Position numbers and translations under genes: made by a program | Notes under the pieces: model-generated | Databases searched by the model: none | Told to the model about the DNA's origin: nothing | Seen by the model: the letters and a program-made list of their open reading frames with translations, nothing else | Source of the DNA: an uncultured virus (IMG/VR IMGVR_UViG_2925643758_000002) | Taxonomy: Duplodnaviria; Heunggongvirae; Uroviricota; Caudoviricetes | Virus record (IMG/VR): IMGVR_UViG_2925643758_000002 | Length of the DNA: 20,000 nt | Direction: 5' to 3' (one strand) | Shown: positions 9,228-13,926 of the stretch, piece after piece | Layout of the letters: the number at the start of each line of letters is the position of its first letter | Numbering within the stretch: the first letter of the stretch is position 1

Positions 9228-9326
9228 CTATGATGCGTCGTCTTCGCCAATTTGCGTCCACATTCCGAAAAGTATTAATCCGATGATGACGGCGGCAATC
9301 GGTCCCACCCACGAAAGATCAGACAT
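9228..9326 (-). CDS. 32-aa single-TM peptide (MSDLSWVGPIAAVIIGLILFGMWTQIGEDDAS)
   Basis: Read by hand. Start overlaps the upstream gene's end; one clean hydrophobic helix and an acidic tail. Confidence 0.6.
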   Translation of the reverse strand: MSDLSWVGPIAAVIIGLILFGMWTQIGEDDAS

Positions 9327-9885
9327 ACGCCGCTACGCCTTTCTCAATCGATTCAATTTCGGATTTAATCGTGGTAGCTTTTTCGTTAATTGATGCGTAT
9401 TCAGAACGAGCAACGGTGATCTTTGCGTCAATGACTGCGATAATCTTATGTGCACGAGCTTTTGCGCGGTTTAATTCGAGCTGCGCGATTTCGAGGTTCT
9501 TTTCCGCAAGCTGAATCGTTAAGCTTCGTAATTCGCGTTTATGGCGGACAATGATTGCACCCGATTTACGTTTGATTACCGTCTTCAGTTCGTCTGGAAG
9601 ACCGTTAATTAGATTCGGACTTCCGGATGGCGTAGCGTCGATTGGCGCTAATCCTTCGTGCATTTTATACACAGTGACGACTTTATTATCGATTACTACG
9701 AGTCTGACACGCGACTTTATGTGGTCGAATATTCGTGACGTCTTTCCGTTATGATCATTCGCGTCTCCGATATAATGAGCCGTTTGCATAAGGTTATTTA
9801 TACACCCGACAGCAGATCCGCGGTCGTAGCCAAGTCGTTCAACTGCACGATCAACAGCATGCTTGGTTACTCCGTACTTTTTCAT
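9319..9885 (-). CDS. Phage protein: N-terminal BECR/DUF4258-like domain plus C-terminal coiled coil
   Basis: TKHAVDRAVER...RLVVIDNKVVTVY pattern; heptad-rich C-terminal half. Confidence 0.7.
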   Translation of the reverse strand: MKKYGVTKHAVDRAVERLGYDRGSAVGCINNLMQTAHYIGDANDHNGKTSRIFDHIKSRVRLVVIDNKVVTVYKMHEGLAPIDATPSGSPNLINGLPDELKTVIKRKSGAIIVRHKRELRSLTIQLAEKNLEIAQLELNRAKARAHKIIAVIDAKITVARSEYASINEKATTIKSEIESIEKGVAAYV

Positions 9886-10043
9886 CCGACGCGCACCGCC
9901 TTAATCGGAGTAGACGGAAGATAGTCGGCCGGGTCTTCATCGTGCGGCCATGCGCCTTGGTAAATGAAATCGGTGAGTTTGCGCTCATCTAGCGCTAAAA
10001 GCGTTTGAGATTCGTTAAATGTGGGTAAATTCGATGTATGCAT
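9882..10043 (-). CDS. 53-aa hypothetical protein (MHTSNLPTFNESQTLLALDERKLTDFIYQGAWPHDEDPADYLPSTPIKAVRVG)
   Basis: Read by hand. GGAGG RBS; its stop overlaps the next ATG (ATGA). Confidence 0.75.
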   Translation of the reverse strand: MHTSNLPTFNESQTLLALDERKLTDFIYQGAWPHDEDPADYLPSTPIKAVRVG

Positions 10044-10074
10044 AGTACGTTAGCCTCCGTTATTTTAAGGATAA

Positions 10075-10177
10075 TCGCACTAGGCCGAGGACATGTTCGC
10101 ATAATTGTTCGCTTGAATTCGTTGACAATATGCAATACAATGAGGACGTAGCGAAAGTCCTTCGGGCCTAGCTGCGA
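10075..10177. repeat. Long imperfect inverted repeat (18-bp arms with 3 single-nt bulges)
   Basis: TCGCACTAGGCCGAGGAC (10075-10092) pairs with GTCCTTCGGGCCTAGCTGCGA (10157-10177). Confidence 0.75.
10113..10141 (+). promoter_or_regulatory. Putative SigA promoter firing antisense to the sigma-like gene
   Basis: TTGAAT (10113-10118), 17 bp, TACAAT (10136-10141). Confidence 0.55.
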
Positions 10178-10185
10178 GAGAAATA

Positions 10186-10713
10186 TTAAGCTGTTAATTC
10201 GCGTTGACAGTTTGATCGGAATCGTTGGATAAACTTTCGATGTGACGGAGCATTTCCTCCAAAACGTTGCGCCAACAACGTGGAAACTTCCGTATCGTTT
10301 GTACATCCGCGAGTCCAAGTATCGAGAATAAGTTTTTTTCTTTCGTCGTCCTGCGCCAACAGGGCGACTTTTTCTTTAAGTAAAACCGCGTCCTCAACAC
10401 TCGCCAAAGTGTCTTCCGGCTCCCAAACGGCTCCTTCTTCGTTAATCCCTTCGATTGCAACTTCGTTACGTGATCGCCTGTTTCGTAATACTCTCGCCTT
10501 CACCTGTCGGATAGTGCGTTGGATAAGCGCCTTTTTTTCGCGTCCATTATCGAGATACCGTTCTAATGCACGACCAATCGCTTGGTAGCATTCTTGCTCG
10601 AACGATGTGAGATCCGGAATCAAATGCGCAATGCGGTCGGACTCCCTTAAGACATACGGAATTGCTCCGCTCTCAGCCGCCAATCGAAGCCTATTAAATT
10701 GTGTTTGTTCCAT
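10186..10713 (-). CDS. Divergent sigma-70/ECF-like transcription factor
   Basis: 175 aa; region-2-like FEQECYQAIGRALERY...IQRTIRQ, acidic linker, region-4-like DERKKLIL...TEVSTLL...RKFIQRFR; AAAGGGG RBS. CDS solid, function inferred. Confidence 0.6.
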   Translation of the reverse strand: MEQTQFNRLRLAAESGAIPYVLRESDRIAHLIPDLTSFEQECYQAIGRALERYLDNGREKKALIQRTIRQVKARVLRNRRSRNEVAIEGINEEGAVWEPEDTLASVEDAVLLKEKVALLAQDDERKKLILDTWTRGCTNDTEVSTLLAQRFGGNAPSHRKFIQRFRSNCQRELTA

Positions 10714-10905
10714 TTGTTATCCCCTTTCGCCTTACACTTATATAATGGGTAGGCAGTTAGTAATTTTGCGACATCATTTTAATAAATCTTTTAATTAGTT
10801 TGATTACTTCTCCTCCATATGAAAATATTAACACATTCAAATATTATGCAGATTAAATCTTCGTTTTCTTTACTTTATTTTATTTGACGGAATTTTCTAT
10901 ACAAT

Positions 10906-10934
10906 AAAAAAAAAAAAAGACCACAAATGTGGTC
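10906..10934 (-). terminator. Intrinsic terminator after aimP
   Basis: Minus strand GACCAC-ATTT-GTGGTC followed by 13 T, 6 nt after the aimP stop. Confidence 0.9.
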
Positions 10935-10940
10935 CGGCTT

Positions 10941-11063
10941 TTATCCTCCAACTCTTACTTCTGCGGTTTGAACTCCGCCAGACGCTTCGTCTTTCACTTG
11001 TCCGTTATGCAACGCAGCAAAACCCGCTCCTAAAACTAAAACAATTAATAAAATCTTTTTCAT
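10941..11063 (-). CDS. aimP: Arbitrium pro-peptide, 40 aa (MKKILLIVLVLGAGFAALHNGQVKDEASGGVQTAEVRVGG); predicted mature EVRVGG
   Basis: Read by hand. GAGGGG RBS; MKK plus hydrophobic Sec signal; polar pro-region; C-terminal hexapeptide after Ala; directly downstream of aimR and followed by a terminator. Confidence 0.92.
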   Translation of the reverse strand: MKKILLIVLVLGAGFAALHNGQVKDEASGGVQTAEVRVGG

Positions 11064-12174
11064 AAAAAATTTCCCCTCTCGATTTAATTTTTAGGTTTTT
11101 TAATACTGAAGCATGCCCTCTGTCCTCTCCTATCATCATGAGGTCATCCGCAATCAACGAAGCGAACAAGTAGTTCATCCCTGTATGAAAATGGATGTAT
11201 CCCTGATGCAATCTATCTTTAGAGAGACACTGAACATACTTGAAATATACCAGAAAGTCGGCATCACCTCCTAAAATTAATTCTTTTTCGAATAGCGACA
11301 GATCTGGTATCCCTCTGCCCTCTCTATGCTTGAAGTATATTTTTGCCAATTCAAGGTTATATTGCGTTTCTTTGACTAAGACAGGCTCACCTACTAGCTT
11401 CATAACCTCCAGGCTTTTCTGGAAATATTCTAAGCTTTTTTCCTTATCTTTTTCTAGGTTGATCATACCGAGGTAATAATAGCCGTCTGATTGGTGTTTT
11501 AGATTCACTTGGCCCTTTATAAGGACATTTGCGTGATAAGAACATAGCTCAATCTCATTTAAGCTTAAATAGGCAGGAGCAAGAACTTCCGAAAGTCTAT
11601 ACAAATAACATTCTTTATAAAAAAGGGACCGCTCGGTATTCATTTTTTTAAGGTCTTTAACAACCTCTTCAGCTTCTCTCGTTATTCCATAAAAGTCCTT
11701 ATGGTAGTAGTACGATACGCATTTATATATTCTCTTTAAAATATTTAGTTCTTTATTGCCGTAAGCTTTTACTTTCGACATTTGAGAGGAAAGCTGATTG
11801 AAGTTTGTTTTATAGGTCATGTAATCATGTAGAACTGTATACGCGCGGACATAGGGGACAAGGGCTTCATCTTCCTGAGAAATTTCAATAAGTTTTCCTA
11901 GCAACCCCACGTCGCGCTTTACAGCAGCGTACTCAAAAGCTTGCTTTGTAGCCTCTGTCGTAGGGAGTTTTAGGCACCAATCTCTCATTTTTTCGTGGTA
12001 ATTTCCTTTAAAAAAGTATTGGCTCAATCTAAGTATTTTACGGAAACCGATTTTTCCATCATCTTCAAAATCATATAAGCAACTCGACTTTATCCCGGTG
12101 CTTTCTGCGAGTTGGCGAACATTCAAATCCATCTCTTTTCTTATCTCGATAACTTCATCGACTATTGATTGCAA
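11005..12174 (-). CDS. aimR: AimR-family arbitrium receptor (RRNPP; HTH + TPR)
   Basis: About 390 aa; N-terminal HTH; LYDFEDDGK...MRDWCLKL...AFEYA recalls SPbeta AimR (LYDFLNHDGK...MKDYCLNL...ALEYA, from memory); TPR-like YYYLGM...SLEYFQKSL. Start likely TTG 12174 (GAGGGGTG RBS); the track's GTG 12183 is the alternative. Confidence 0.93.
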   Translation of the reverse strand: MQSIVDEVIEIRKEMDLNVRQLAESTGIKSSCLYDFEDDGKIGFRKILRLSQYFFKGNYHEKMRDWCLKLPTTEATKQAFEYAAVKRDVGLLGKLIEISQEDEALVPYVRAYTVLHDYMTYKTNFNQLSSQMSKVKAYGNKELNILKRIYKCVSYYYHKDFYGITREAEEVVKDLKKMNTERSLFYKECYLYRLSEVLAPAYLSLNEIELCSYHANVLIKGQVNLKHQSDGYYYLGMINLEKDKEKSLEYFQKSLEVMKLVGEPVLVKETQYNLELAKIYFKHREGRGIPDLSLFEKELILGGDADFLVYFKYVQCLSKDRLHQGYIHFHTGMNYLFASLIADDLMMIGEDRGHASVLKNLKIKSRGEIFYEKDFINCFSFRSGFCCVA

Positions 12175-12196
12175 ACATAACACCCCTCAAATACAA

Positions 12197-12247
12197 TTTA
12201 CTTAACTGGTTAAGCACAGTATACTACATATGCACACTTTTGTGTGC
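12197..12247 (+). promoter_or_regulatory. Divergent control region: putative promoter for the Xre genes with two palindromic operators
   Basis: TTTACT (12197-12202), 17 bp, TATACT (12220-12225); palindromes CTTAAC-N2-GTTAAG (12201-12214) and GCACAC-N4-GTGTGC (12232-12247). Confidence 0.6.
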
Positions 12248-12277
12248 GGAATTTTTTAGAAAATCGGAGGTTTTTTA

Positions 12278-12487
12278 ATGATTAGTTATAAACCGCTTAG
12301 GGACTACCTTGAGGAAAGGGGAAAAACAACAGGCATTCTAAGGGATAAAGTGATTCACCGTAATCTTGTAACTAAAATTAACGAGGACAAGCCGGTAAGT
12401 ATCTCTACAATTGAAACGATATGCCTCTTTCTCAAAGTCCCTATCGAGAATGTTGTTCAAATTGTACCTGATGATGTGGAAAAATAA
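12278..12487 (+). CDS. Xre/Cro-C1-type HTH regulator (YozG/HTH_26-like)
   Basis: MISYKPL...VSISTIETICLFLKVPIENVV pattern; GGAGG RBS at 7 nt. Confidence 0.88.
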   Translation: MISYKPLRDYLEERGKTTGILRDKVIHRNLVTKINEDKPVSISTIETICLFLKVPIENVVQIVPDDVEK

Positions 12488-12505
12488 CTGTTTATAGTCT
12501 ATAAT
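12477..12505 (+). promoter_or_regulatory. Putative internal promoter for the second Xre gene
   Basis: TGGAAA (12477-12482), 17 bp, TATAAT (12500-12505). Confidence 0.45.
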
Positions 12506-12540
12506 TTCCTCCGTGACACCTTATCTGATGTAGTACGGAG

Positions 12541-12780
12541 GTGTTTATTACGTTTAAGGTCGGCAAATGTCGGATACCCGAACTATGCAAGAAACGCGGA
12601 ATCAGTCTCAGTCAACTCGCAGCAATGGTCGGAGTATCAAAAACGCAAATGTCCGATTACGTCAGCCTTCGGAATCTTCCGAGCATCGAACGAACCTACA
12701 ATATCGCAATGATGCTCGGCTGCGCGCCCGAAGATCTGTACGATTGGATTGAGGTACCCGACAGCAACACGGAGGGTTAA
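12541..12780 (+). CDS. Xre-family HTH repressor
   Basis: GISLSQLAAMVGVSKTQMSDYVSLRNLPSIER...LGCAPEDLY is a canonical Xre HTH; start codon uncertain. Confidence 0.9.
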   Translation: MFITFKVGKCRIPELCKKRGISLSQLAAMVGVSKTQMSDYVSLRNLPSIERTYNIAMMLGCAPEDLYDWIEVPDSNTEG

Positions 12781-12791
12781 TATAACCTCCG
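12770..12791. terminator. Hairpin at the convergent junction of the Xre and primase genes
   Basis: CGGAGGGTTA-ATA-TAACCTCCG (one bulge); no good U-tract either way, so termination efficiency is doubtful. Confidence 0.4.
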
Positions 12792-12796
12792 CCGAC

Positions 12797-13792
12797 CTAA
12801 AGTACGGGAATTCCCGAACCGAAACGTAAAGTATTCCTTACGACCTCCGCACGATCATACACGTCTCGCAACGCTTCTGTACCGCGCTTTATAAGTAGTT
12901 CATCAGCGTCTTTCACCTCCGTAATATAACCGTGCGCAAGCCGCACCTTTCCGCTCAAATAACGCTCAATCTCCCGCCGTAACTTTTCGCCAGCTTTGTC
13001 GTTATCTGTAACCACCGTTAAATATTCGATAGATGACTGCGCAATTATGTCCGCCTTCTGTAAATTAAATGTGCTGCCTCCGGTTCCGATCGCCGGTACG
13101 CCCGCAGACCGCCACGCCATAGTATCGATTTCCGCCTCGCATATCACCGCACTTTTAATCCGCTGCGCATATACGAGATCCATTCCGTAAACTAAATACC
13201 GGATAGGCAAGCCGCCTTTTACGTACCAGAACGCCTTCCCCTTTGTTGCCCTATACTTAACGTTAGCCAGCCGGCCGTTAGGAAGCCGCCAAGGAATCGC
13301 GACTGCGTTACCGGCAAGTGATACGCCGGCCTCTTCTTGTACTGCGGCCGCAATGCCCCGGCCCGTCAGGTAAGCGTTAGGCCCCGGCGCCGTGTCAGCG
13401 AGGATCGATTCCGCTAAAGGCTCCGGCTTCGTGACGGGCTTTAATTTCGGAAGTCGCAGCGCCATACGTCCGCCTTCAGCCGCCGGTGCATACGTTTCCA
13501 ATAAATACTCGATTGCGTCGTCTTCGGTTTCGCCACGCAGGAAAGCGAGCAGTTTAACGAACCCGCCTCGCGCAAATTCTTCATCATAAGCGCCTGAGTC
13601 GCCCCAATAGCCGGCTTTCGCTGACGCTGTGTCTTCGAGGTAGACGTAAAAGCTCGGAGTCCGATCGTATCTGAAAGGACTGGTGGCCAGCAGGCGTTCA
13701 TCGCCCCATGTCGGCCGGGTCCAGTCGAATTGTTCGAGCTCATACCGAATGTCGACGTCCACAAAACGTCCATTCAAAGTTAATATCGGCAA
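12797..13792 (-). CDS. DNA primase (TOPRIM, DnaG-like)
   Basis: YLTGRGI, IPW...NVKYR, CEAEID, TDNDKAG and KDADE motifs; TTG start with AAAGGAAGTG RBS. Confidence 0.92.
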   Translation of the reverse strand: MPILTLNGRFVDVDIRYELEQFDWTRPTWGDERLLATSPFRYDRTPSFYVYLEDTASAKAGYWGDSGAYDEEFARGGFVKLLAFLRGETEDDAIEYLLETYAPAAEGGRMALRLPKLKPVTKPEPLAESILADTAPGPNAYLTGRGIAAAVQEEAGVSLAGNAVAIPWRLPNGRLANVKYRATKGKAFWYVKGGLPIRYLVYGMDLVYAQRIKSAVICEAEIDTMAWRSAGVPAIGTGGSTFNLQKADIIAQSSIEYLTVVTDNDKAGEKLRREIERYLSGKVRLAHGYITEVKDADELLIKRGTEALRDVYDRAEVVRNTLRFGSGIPVL

Positions 13793-13926
13793 TTCGAGAC
13801 ACTTCCTTTCGAGACTTGTAAATTATATTACGACATTGTTACGAGAATTACAGTCGCAATTTGTCGAAAATATTCAAAAATTTAGATGTAATTGTTGACA
13901 ATATCATCCGGTAAATTCCAATCGCT

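Noticed and set aside
9082..9312. Arg-rich 77-aa N-terminal extension of the SSB ORF in the track
   Set aside because: No RBS at 9312; it overlaps a better 32-aa ORF and a structured leader; a good RBS precedes ATG 9081.
700..9754. Numerous plus-strand ORFs (e.g. 897-1289, 2020-2514, 2703-3122, 6163-6534, 8647-9036)
   Set aside because: Antisense shadows of well-supported minus-strand genes, with no recognisable motifs or convincing RBS.
9995..10318. 107-aa minus-strand ORF
   Set aside because: Overlaps two better-supported genes out of frame and crosses the regulatory inverted repeat.
10280..10588. Plus-strand 102-aa ORF downstream of the antisense promoter as a possible repressor
   Set aside because: No RBS, Ser-rich shadow of the sigma-like gene, no HTH.
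10884..10905. Plus-strand TTGACG...TACAAT as a promoter antisense to aimP
   Set aside because: Spacer is only 10 bp.
10906..10918. 13-nt A run as a phase-variable tract
   Set aside because: Fully explained as the terminator U-tract; non-coding.
11005..12183. Rap phosphatase/Phr interpretation
   Set aside because: An N-terminal HTH and AimR-like motifs are present rather than the Rap three-helix bundle.
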